Positions 42,111-50,033 of a DNA stretch of 64,000 nucleotides are shown here, one piece after another. The stretch is from Eubacteriales bacterium (GTDB lineage Bacteria; Bacillota; Clostridia; Oscillospirales; CAG-272), in the NCBI GenBank assembly GCA_045127235.1, contig JBGVPY010000065.1:5546-69545 (forward strand), in the 5' to 3' direction. The position numbers and the translations under genes were made by a program. Below the pieces are notes generated by a model. That model ran no database searches. It saw nothing but the letters and a program-made list of their open reading frames with translations, and had not been told where the DNA came from. The first letter of the stretch is position 1; the number at the start of each line of letters is the position of its first letter.

Positions 42111-43901
42111 GTGAATATGGATTTTAATTTTCAAGGTAGTGGTGTAGTTAGTCAAAAGCCAGAAGGAGCGTCAAAATTTATTCCTGCTATGGCAAAAACA
42201 AATATTTATGATGCTAATAGAGTTTTTAAGGCTTGTGCGTATTGTAGAGTATCAACAGATAATGATGAACAAAAAACTTCGTTTGCCTTACAAAAAGACC
42301 ACTATCAGCAGCTTGCAGGTTCACATCCGAATTGGGATTTAAGGCATATTTTTGCAGACGAAGGTATTTCGGGTACATCACTTAAAAATCGTGTTCAATT
42401 CTCTGAAATGATAGAACGGTGTGAAGCTGGAGAATTTGATTTAATATTAACTAAGAGTGTATCTCGTTTTGCAAGAAATCTTGTCGATTGTCTTTCGCTT
42501 GTACGTAAGCTTAAAAATCACAATCCACCGATAGGCGTTTTCTTTGAAACGGACAACCTGTTTACTCTATCTGAGGACTCTGAATTAAGACTTTCAATAT
42601 TAGCTTCTTTTGCTCAAGAAGAATCTGTGAAGAAAAGTGAAAGTATGAACTGGTCGCTTCAAGAACGCTTCAAAAAGGGTGATTTGTTGATGCCAGAGCT
42701 TTATGGTTACAGGAGACCGAGAAATTCAGAGGGCAAGATTATAAAACACACCAAGCTTGAAATTTACGAACCGGAAGCTATAGTTATTCGTTTTATTTAT
42801 GATGCTTTTTTATCTGGATATACATCCGAGAGTATCGCTAATATTTTAACTGAAAATGAAATTCCAACTAAAACAGGTAGCAATAAATGGCATGAGGGTT
42901 CTGTTAGTTACATACTTAAAAACGAAAGATATTGTGGTAGTGTTTTAACGTGGAAAACTTTTACTGCCGATATTTTTGAACACAAAAAAAGGAAAAACAA
43001 CAGAAATAGAGACCAATATTTATATCAAGACAATCACGAACCCATCATATCTGTTGAAAAGTACGAAGCTGTTCAAGAACTTATGGAAAATCGCAAACAC
43101 GGTATGAGAGGCTTGCATGTAATGCACGTTATTGATATGGGTGTTTTTGCTGGATATGTTCCAATAAATCACCACTGGATAAATGATGATGTGGAAGCTT
43201 ATTTTGAAGCATCAAATAGTGTAAGAACAGTACGACAGGAACGAAGAATACCAAAATCATATTTTAGTGCGTTTGATTTGCAAGGCTATGAGGTTGTAAG
43301 AGAGCAATTTTTAACAACTCGTCATGAAATGCCCGCATTAACCATTGCAAATGAAAAGATTTCTTTTAACAGTAAGTGTTTTAAGAAAATGGTAGGAGCT
43401 ACCCATATTCAACTTTTGTTGCATCCTACACAACGAAAAATAGCAATAAGACCATGTACGTATGAATATCCGTATGCTATTTCAATTCAATCACGAACAG
43501 GTGATACAGTATCAAGTAAGGCTTTGAGTTGTGCTTCATTTATACGAATTTTATATTGTATTATGGGTTGGAATCCCGACTATTACCAGAGAATAATAGG
43601 AACGCTCATTGAAAAAGGAAACGACCAAATTATAGTTTTCAATTTGTGTAATGCTATGCCGTTAATGCTTCTTGATGAAGAAAAGAAAAAACGTGTTGGT
43701 GTTTGTCCCGAAGAATGGGATGATTTTGGTAGCGAGTTTTATGAATATGTAGAAGAAAACGATTTGTTTTATTTGCCCAATAATACTAACTTAGGATTGG
43801 ATGCAAAGGGAACTCCAATTTCAGGACAACTTCCATTTGAAATAGATTGGAAAAGACATTTGGAAATGTATAGGGAAAGGAATGTAACGGAAAATGAATA
43901 A
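42111..43901 (+). CDS. large serine recombinase with C-terminal extra domain
   Basis: ACAYCRVSTDNDEQ (catalytic Ser), LTKSVSRFARN, LYGYRR recombinase domain. The C-terminal ~130 aa is homologous to the three downstream ORFs. Confidence 0.88.
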   Translation: MNMDFNFQGSGVVSQKPEGASKFIPAMAKTNIYDANRVFKACAYCRVSTDNDEQKTSFALQKDHYQQLAGSHPNWDLRHIFADEGISGTSLKNRVQFSEMIERCEAGEFDLILTKSVSRFARNLVDCLSLVRKLKNHNPPIGVFFETDNLFTLSEDSELRLSILASFAQEESVKKSESMNWSLQERFKKGDLLMPELYGYRRPRNSEGKIIKHTKLEIYEPEAIVIRFIYDAFLSGYTSESIANILTENEIPTKTGSNKWHEGSVSYILKNERYCGSVLTWKTFTADIFEHKKRKNNRNRDQYLYQDNHEPIISVEKYEAVQELMENRKHGMRGLHVMHVIDMGVFAGYVPINHHWINDDVEAYFEASNSVRTVRQERRIPKSYFSAFDLQGYEVVREQFLTTRHEMPALTIANEKISFNSKCFKKMVGATHIQLLLHPTQRKIAIRPCTYEYPYAISIQSRTGDTVSSKALSCASFIRILYCIMGWNPDYYQRIIGTLIEKGNDQIIVFNLCNAMPLMLLDEEKKKRVGVCPEEWDDFGSEFYEYVEENDLFYLPNNTNLGLDAKGTPISGQLPFEIDWKRHLEMYRERNVTENE

Positions 43902-44484
43902 TGAACAGGAATATATCTATGAAATAGGTGATGATGAAGAAAAAGAAGAAGTCAATCTTGCGGGCTACCAAGTAACAAAAGCAGAACTTTTTGCTCATTC
44001 AAGAGAGCCATCAGTTACAATATGGCAGAATAAAATTAAATTCAATATGGCTTGTTTGAAGCGATTTCCAAAAGTAACGCATGTGTTGATTTTGATTAAC
44101 CAAGATCAAAAGCGCTTAATTGTAAAACCTTGTAGTCCAGATACACCAGATTCTTTAAGGTGGGCTACAGGTGGTGGCGAAAAGGAAGTCAAGGCAAGAG
44201 ATATGTTATGCTACATTTTCTCCGAAAAAATATATCACTTAATGGAGTGGAGCAAAGACTATAGATATAAAATACTCGGAAAGCCTGCTGTTTGTAATGA
44301 TGAAGCACTATATTTATTCAAATTAACCGATTTTGAATTATTTATAGCGAAAGGTAAATACAAACGTAGGTCGTATTTGCCTGAGGATTGGCGAGATTGT
44401 TTTGGTACTCCTATAGAAGAACATGAAGATGTGTATAATATTGATTTAGCAGATGGTTACATAATAACCGGAAAGAAGGATTAA
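43894..44484 (+). CDS. unknown-domain protein, paralog set member 1
   Basis: VTIWQNKIKFNMACLKRF...HVLILINQDQKRLIVKPC...YRYKILG. Confidence 0.65.
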   Translation: MNNEQEYIYEIGDDEEKEEVNLAGYQVTKAELFAHSREPSVTIWQNKIKFNMACLKRFPKVTHVLILINQDQKRLIVKPCSPDTPDSLRWATGGGEKEVKARDMLCYIFSEKIYHLMEWSKDYRYKILGKPAVCNDEALYLFKLTDFELFIAKGKYKRRSYLPEDWRDCFGTPIEEHEDVYNIDLADGYIITGKKD

Positions 44485-44485
44485 G

Positions 44486-44950
44486 ATGGGTTCATATAGT
44501 TTTGATACTGAATTAGAGGAAATTTCTCTTAATGGCTTTCAAATAGTTGGAAACAAATATTTTGGTAGGGTGCAAGGTGCAACAATGAGCCTTCAAAAAA
44601 GGTGTGTTGTGTTTAACACGGTTGCAGTTAAAGAATTGAATAACTGCGAAGCAATTCAAATTTTGATTAACGAAAAACAAAAGTGTGTTTTGATAAAACC
44701 TATTTCTTCTCATGATAGTGATGCGATTATTTGGAATAAAGGCAAAGAAAAACAGTTTTCAAGATTAGAATGTAGTTCTTTTTCAAAGCATTTATTCGAT
44801 TTATGGGGATTGGATGTAAAGTTGAAGTATATTGCAGATGGAAGGCTCGTAAGAGTTGATAATAAGGTAATGATGATATTCAATTTTAATAATCCTATAA
44901 TCTATGATGGCAAAAAAAGGTTGAAAGAAGATTATGAAGATAGAAACTAA
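44486..44950 (+). CDS. unknown-domain protein, paralog set member 2
   Basis: MSLQKRCVVFNTVAVKEL...IQILINEKQKCVLIKPI...LKYIADG. Confidence 0.65.
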   Translation: MGSYSFDTELEEISLNGFQIVGNKYFGRVQGATMSLQKRCVVFNTVAVKELNNCEAIQILINEKQKCVLIKPISSHDSDAIIWNKGKEKQFSRLECSSFSKHLFDLWGLDVKLKYIADGRLVRVDNKVMMIFNFNNPIIYDGKKRLKEDYEDRN

Positions 44951-45293
44951 AATATCTTTTTACTTAGCCAATAACACTATAAGAATTTTTAAGAGTACAA
45001 TTCGTTTTATGGGTGAGCCGAAGTTTATTAGGTTTAGAATAAGCGAAGATAGAAAATCTATGATTTTAGAACCATATCATAAAAAGACGTTTACTTCTTT
45101 CAAAATACCTAAAAATTTATTTGACTATGGCGGCAGTATGCAGGTTCATAGTAAAGCATTTTGTAGCTTGTTAGCAGCTCAGTTGAATTGGAATGCAGAA
45201 TGTTCTTACAGAATAGTGGGAGGCTTGCTACATAAGCCAAAACAAATGGCGATATTTGATTTAACATCTGCGGAGGTTATACGCCAAGAATAA
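44934..45293 (+). CDS. unknown-domain protein, paralog set member 3
   Basis: NNTIRIFKSTIRFM...IRFRISEDRKSMILEPY...SYRIVGG. Confidence 0.6.
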   Translation: MKIETKISFYLANNTIRIFKSTIRFMGEPKFIRFRISEDRKSMILEPYHKKTFTSFKIPKNLFDYGGSMQVHSKAFCSLLAAQLNWNAECSYRIVGGLLHKPKQMAIFDLTSAEVIRQE

Positions 45294-45312
45294 ACTGAAA
45301 GGATTGAATTTT

Positions 45313-45516
45313 ATGGATTTTGCAGATGAAGTAAAATATGTTCGTAATAAATTATGCTTATCTCAAGCAGAAATGGCAAAGCTATTAGACGTAACTGAAC
45401 AAACAATAAGGCACTGGGAAAATAGAGAATCAAAGCCAAGATGTATTTCTATACGTAAGTTGAAAGCTGTTTGTGCAAAAAATAAAATAGATCTATCCAA
45501 ATTCGCTGAAAAGTGA
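45313..45516 (+). CDS. XRE-family HTH protein
   Basis: LCLSQAEMAKLLDVTEQTIRHWENRESKP. Confidence 0.75.
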   Translation: MDFADEVKYVRNKLCLSQAEMAKLLDVTEQTIRHWENRESKPRCISIRKLKAVCAKNKIDLSKFAEK

Positions 45517-45533
45517 TACTTTATCAATTATAT

Positions 45534-45578
45534 TCGTTGAAATAGTAGATGTCAATATAAAATCTACTCTAACAACGA
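45534..45578. promoter_or_regulatory. nested inverted repeat, operator candidate
   Basis: tcgttg..agtagat..atctact..caacga, lying upstream of a TATAAT-like box and the next HTH gene. Confidence 0.45.
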
Positions 45579-45629
45579 ATAAAATTACACCTTGTATGCG
45601 TTATAATAGAATATAGGGTGGTGATAAAA

Positions 45630-45935
45630 ATGCAGATGGAAGATATCAAAAAGAGAATTACCGAATTGAGAATTAAAAAAGGTGTATCGGCAAGAGATAT
45701 GAGTCTTTCTATCGGTATGGGTGAAGCTTATATTAGCAATCTTGAAAATGGTAAAGCTATGCCATCCATTGAAGTTTTATTCTATATCTGCGAGTATTTT
45801 CAAATCACACCAGCAGAGTTTTTTGATGAAGATATTAAAGAGCCGACCAAAGCTTATGAAGTATATCAACTTATCAAAAAATTGAACAACGACCAATTAG
45901 ATGTAATAAAGTCTATGGTTGAACAGATGAAATAA
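45630..45935 (+). CDS. XRE-family HTH protein
   Basis: KGVSARDMSLSIGMGEAYISNLENGKAMPSIEVLFYICEYF. Confidence 0.8.
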   Translation: MQMEDIKKRITELRIKKGVSARDMSLSIGMGEAYISNLENGKAMPSIEVLFYICEYFQITPAEFFDEDIKEPTKAYEVYQLIKKLNNDQLDVIKSMVEQMK

Positions 45936-45940
45936 AAAAA

Positions 45941-45977
45941 GGGTAGAGCTTTGTAAAACTCTATCCTTGTTTTGTTT
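45941..45977 (+). terminator. intrinsic terminator
   Basis: gggtagag / ctctatcc stem plus T-rich tail. The 3' half is repeated at 47053-47072. Confidence 0.65.
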
Positions 45978-45990
45978 ATGGGAGAAAATT

Positions 45991-46185
45991 ATGAAAAATA
46001 AAATTATTAAAAATGCTATTCAATGTAAACGATGTGGTGATATAATAGAGTCAAAGCATGTACATGATTTTGTAACTTGTAAATGTGGAGCTTGTTCAGT
46101 TGATGGCGGACACGATTATTTACGACGCTGCTTTGCTGAAAAAGATTGCTACATAGATTTATCGGAGGTAGAGAAAAATGATTGA
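45991..46185 (+). CDS. small zinc-ribbon protein, paralog of 56515-56718
   Basis: IIKNAIQCKRCGDIIESKHVHDFVTCKCGACSVDGGHDYLRRC has two CxxC-type pairs. Confidence 0.7.
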   Translation: MKNKIIKNAIQCKRCGDIIESKHVHDFVTCKCGACSVDGGHDYLRRCFAEKDCYIDLSEVEKND

Positions 46186-47026
46186 TAGAAGAAAGAAAAA
46201 TGCGGAAATTTTTTCGCACACACAAAGCTTTTATTCTTCTAATTTAGAGTTGAAAAATAATATATCGCTATCAATAGATAATCAAGTTTTTATATCTGAG
46301 AAGTCTGAGGTTGTATTACCAAAAGCGACAAAGAAAGAGAAAGCACAAATTATTGTAAGTGGTAAACGTACATTTGAAGCTGCTGAGCATTATGTAAAGC
46401 AAGGGAAAAAGACTTGTGTTCTTAACTTTGCATCTGCCACAAATGCCGGAGGTGGAGTTGTAAATGGCTCTTCTGCTCAAGAAGAGTGTTTATGCAGATG
46501 TTCAACCCTTTATCCTTGCTTGAGAGTAGATAAGTTGTGGAAGGAATTTTATTTACCACATAGAGAAGCTAACAACCCACTTTATAATAATGATTGTATA
46601 TATACACCTGATGTATATGTATTTAAAAGCGATATTGATTTTCCAGAATTACTATCAAAAAATGAATGGTGGAAAGTGAATATACTTACTTGTGCAGCAC
46701 CAAATCTAAGAGAGAAGCCAAGCAATGCAATGAACCCTAATGCAGGTAGTAAGCAAGCGAAAATAACAATACAAGAATTAGAGAAGTTGTTAGAATCTCG
46801 TATTAGAAGAATTTTTGAAATAGCCGCTTCAAATGAAAATGAGGTTTTAATTCTGGGTGCTTTCGGATGTGGAGCTTTTAGAAATCCTCCAGAGGTCGTT
46901 GCGAAGGTGTTTAATAGAGTAATGAAGGAATTTGTATATTACTTTGATATTATTGAGTATGCAGTTTTTCATAGAGTAGGGGAACTTGCAAATTATGAAG
47001 CATTTCAAAGGAACATAGAAAGATAA
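46178..47026 (+). CDS. macro-domain protein of the TIGR02452 / microbial PARG-like type
   Basis: VLNFASATNAGGGVVNGSSAQEECLCRCSTLY and LGAFGCGAFRNPPEVVA. Overlaps the Zn-ribbon gene by 8 nt. Confidence 0.8.
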   Translation: MIDRRKKNAEIFSHTQSFYSSNLELKNNISLSIDNQVFISEKSEVVLPKATKKEKAQIIVSGKRTFEAAEHYVKQGKKTCVLNFASATNAGGGVVNGSSAQEECLCRCSTLYPCLRVDKLWKEFYLPHREANNPLYNNDCIYTPDVYVFKSDIDFPELLSKNEWWKVNILTCAAPNLREKPSNAMNPNAGSKQAKITIQELEKLLESRIRRIFEIAASNENEVLILGAFGCGAFRNPPEVVAKVFNRVMKEFVYYFDIIEYAVFHRVGELANYEAFQRNIER

Positions 47027-47033
47027 AAAATAA

Positions 47034-47070
47034 GGATAGGGCTTGTTGTCTGCTCTATCCTGTTTTGTTT
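47034..47070 (+). terminator. intrinsic terminator
   Basis: ggatagggc / gctctatcc stem plus T-rich tail. Confidence 0.65.
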
Positions 47071-47084
47071 ATAAAACGAAAAAA

Positions 47085-47111
47085 GACTACTCGGTTTGAG
47101 TAGTCCTTTTT
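47085..47111. terminator. bidirectional intrinsic terminator
   Basis: A-run, gactactc / gagtagtc stem, T-run. Confidence 0.7.
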
Positions 47112-47166
47112 CATGCCTCTAATTAAAATCGGGCTTATAATCCCTGTGGTTCGAATTAGAGACGCT

Positions 47167-47216
47167 TGGTCGAAGTGCGGAGGTTCGAACTCCGGGCCTC
47201 ATGGTCCCGAACCAAT
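47167..47216 (-). other. tRNA-Pro(CGG)-like 3' fragment (anticodon loop to CCA), probable att remnant
   Basis: The minus strand reads attgg-TTCGGGA-ccatg-aggcc-cggag-TTCGAAC-ctccg-cacttcg-a-CCA. The T-arm and the 7-nt anticodon loop format are canonical. The anticodon stem is degenerate, and there is no D-arm or 5' acceptor strand upstream. Confidence 0.6.
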
Positions 47217-47548
47217 ACTAGACAGTTTTTGCCATCATTTCCCCTCATCTTGACACCTTTCCTCTCGGAAAACCATGCTTTCGTAACCTCTTACGAACAC
47301 TGTTTCCACCTAGTCCACTCCCGTATATGGTCTACACTGTGGTCAAAGCCATAAATCAACCACAAAAAATCCACCCTGTGTGCGATTTTAATCCCACCAC
47401 CATGTTAACATATAATCCTCAAATTTGCAACCCTGTGTCAAAAAACCACACACCGTTGCATTTTTCTTTTTCAGCATTCAAAAATTGCCCCGCAGTAAAC
47501 AAAGAATACACCCGGAGTAAATTTTTGCAATGTTCTTGTCGAAAGCTC

Positions 47549-47577
47549 TTGTGCAACGATTTAAAAAGGTGTATAAT
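47549..47577 (+). promoter_or_regulatory. promoter candidate for the endonuclease gene
   Basis: TTGTGC, 17 nt, TATAAT (47572-47577). Confidence 0.4.
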
Positions 47578-47673
47578 ATTTATATTAAGGTGATTTCGTG
47601 TATAAAAGCGTTATTCACTAGATCATATTGCAAACAGAACTGAATATAGAAAAACATTTAGAAAGGAATAACG

Positions 47674-49059
47674 ATGGACAATTTATGGTTGCTTACCGAA
47701 GAACGCCCTAAGCTTTCTGTTGTATTAACAATTTTGGACGAATATAACAACGACTTTGGCGCGTCCGTAACGGTTAGTGAGAACTTTAATATTAGACCTA
47801 TTATCAAAAACGGTAAATTTACATTTGAATATTTGGTAGAGGGTGTATCTGTTCAAGGAATCGCAAATGTCTTTATAGAAATAGTCAGCGGTAATTCAAG
47901 TTTTGTTGATTACATGCTTATTCGACAGGAAACGAAGCCTACAGATCATTCTTTAGACAATGTTCTTATGGCGATTGAAGAAACAAAGACAAGTGACGCC
48001 GAATCAAGAAACACAGGCATATATCAGCGTGCATCAAAATTTGTTTACATAGACAACTACTGCCCTCATGCAAAGAAGTACATGTTATACAATGAGGAAA
48101 TGACGCCTGATGAAGATAGAACTCCCACAGATACAAATAGATTTGGAACGAACATGCTTCTTACTTTGGGAGTAAAGTTTATCGGCAAAACCATGAGAGG
48201 TTTTAGAGCTTTTGGAAATGTCGATGAGATGGTTGCACAAAAATCGAGCATGCGTCTGCCGAATCATACGAATGTTCCCATTCTTCTTCACAAGTATGCG
48301 GATAGGATTACTGTTTCTGGACGATTGGCAAAGCCAAAAGATGCCGGAAATATTGGTCATGACCCTAATATTGGTGCTCTTTCTTGCATTGGATACACGC
48401 TCCGCAAGCTCGGTTGGGATAAGGATATTGTTGTAACACATCACGGAGTTTCTCAATCCTATGTTGACAGAACGAGAGGGAGAAATAAGTGTTTGTTCCT
48501 CTTCAGCATGAATCAGATGAAGTTGGACGGCATAACTATGCCTTCCATCGTTCCTATGCCAGAATTTTATTGGAACTACTCATGTTCTTCTGAAAAAGTA
48601 GCGTCAATCTTCTTGCACCTTACATGTCAATATTCAGGAATTCACGGAATCTATGAAAATCACGCTGGTTGTGAACGCGGATATTTCAGAACACAAACAG
48701 GAGCTTTTTTGGCATTACCGAAAAAGGATAGATTTGGAGAAAACCTTTTACTTCCTGATGTCGTTTTGTGTGACGATGCAATAAGAGAAATCTACAATGT
48801 TGAAGGAAAGAAATTATCCACTCTTTATGATGGCGTCGCAGAGGTTGACACATACGATTCAATAGAAGATGAGTTCATAAAACCTTACTATCGTGGATAT
48901 TCTATTCAACGTTGGATATCTATTTTCGGAGGAAATCTAAAAAGAATTCCTCACGAAAAAGTTTTGATTTATTTAAATGAATCAGGAGAGGTCTATATAA
49001 ATAATGCCGCTCCTGCGAACATTAAAGCTGCGTTCAACAGAATCGGCATTACTTGTTAA
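47674..49059 (+). CDS. putative restriction endonuclease (unknown family)
   Basis: Convergent with and overlapping the methyltransferase gene end. Possible PD-ExK elements FVDYML...AIEETK. Assignment is mainly by context. Confidence 0.5.
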   Translation: MDNLWLLTEERPKLSVVLTILDEYNNDFGASVTVSENFNIRPIIKNGKFTFEYLVEGVSVQGIANVFIEIVSGNSSFVDYMLIRQETKPTDHSLDNVLMAIEETKTSDAESRNTGIYQRASKFVYIDNYCPHAKKYMLYNEEMTPDEDRTPTDTNRFGTNMLLTLGVKFIGKTMRGFRAFGNVDEMVAQKSSMRLPNHTNVPILLHKYADRITVSGRLAKPKDAGNIGHDPNIGALSCIGYTLRKLGWDKDIVVTHHGVSQSYVDRTRGRNKCLFLFSMNQMKLDGITMPSIVPMPEFYWNYSCSSEKVASIFLHLTCQYSGIHGIYENHAGCERGYFRTQTGAFLALPKKDRFGENLLLPDVVLCDDAIREIYNVEGKKLSTLYDGVAEVDTYDSIEDEFIKPYYRGYSIQRWISIFGGNLKRIPHEKVLIYLNESGEVYINNAAPANIKAAFNRIGITC

Positions 49060-50018
49060 TATTTTCGGAATATCAAAATGTATTGATGGATTTGATTTGC
49101 TACAAAATCAAAGGGATACCCGTATGGGAACAGCTTAACAGACTGATCGGCCCATATCTTCATTCCTCGATAGTATAGCTTAGGTATTTCGTTCAAAGCA
49201 TCTATAATTCGGGCATGAAGTAAATTTGTTTCTTTCTTTTTAGGTTGCATGTCCTTGCAGAAAACAACCAAATATCCTTTGGACTTTAGATAAACTAAGG
49301 ATTTTTCGACAATGGTTTTCAAAGTGGGGATAAATTTATCGGGATCGATATTTCCCAAATCAACATCATAATTAGTAAACGGGGTTGCGGTTTTACCATA
49401 GACATCTATGTCCGCTCCCGTTTTTTCTTTTGACATCATGTTGGCATATGGTGGATCAATAAGGATCATACCTACTTTTTCTCCACGTAAAACTCGGTCC
49501 ATTTCGTCTTGATTTGACAAAACATTGTTGCAATCACCGCAGATGCAAGGAAATGCCGTAAGTTTTAAACTTTCAGCAGCTAATTTGTAGGCATCAATAT
49601 AAGCTGAATTTAACTCGATTCCGACAGCTCTACGATTGCATAAAGCGGCACCCAAAAGAGAACCGCCAACTCCTGCAAAATAATCTAACACAATTTCGTT
49701 TTCTTTTGTAAAAAATCGAATTAGATCGCGCATAAGCTGTGGAGGTTTGGGAGTAGGATGGACCTTTCGGATTTTATGTGCATAACTATCCTCGCCTTTG
49801 GTAGAATAGCACGTATTTATCACGGAACAAATTTGAGTAGTCCATTCTGCACCAGATAAATCGTTAATTTGATTTGTCATACAATATCTTTTTCCATTGG
49901 AAATTTGTATATTAATGTTACTGTCTTCCACAAATATTGCATTATCGATATCCGCCTTAACCCAACTAGGTAAAGCAGATATTTCTTCTTCTGATAAAAT
50001 ATCTTTTACTTTTCTCAT
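49056..50018 (-). CDS. DNA methyltransferase (N6-A or N4-C, DPPY type)
   Basis: HPTPKPPQL, LDYFAGVGGS (motif I), ILIDPPYANM (motif IV). Confidence 0.85.
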   Translation of the reverse strand: MRKVKDILSEEEISALPSWVKADIDNAIFVEDSNINIQISNGKRYCMTNQINDLSGAEWTTQICSVINTCYSTKGEDSYAHKIRKVHPTPKPPQLMRDLIRFFTKENEIVLDYFAGVGGSLLGAALCNRRAVGIELNSAYIDAYKLAAESLKLTAFPCICGDCNNVLSNQDEMDRVLRGEKVGMILIDPPYANMMSKEKTGADIDVYGKTATPFTNYDVDLGNIDPDKFIPTLKTIVEKSLVYLKSKGYLVVFCKDMQPKKKETNLLHARIIDALNEIPKLYYRGMKIWADQSVKLFPYGYPFDFVANQIHQYILIFRKY

Positions 50019-50033
50019 GGCATCGTTCGTATT

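Noticed and set aside
47166-47593. Track ORFs 47166-47354 and 47327-47593, and a complete tRNA gene call
   Set aside because: The first ORF is the typical antisense translation of a tRNA T-arm (VRRFELRA). The second lies in promoter and intergenic sequence. A full tRNA is rejected because no D-arm or 5' acceptor strand complementary to CACTTCG exists upstream.
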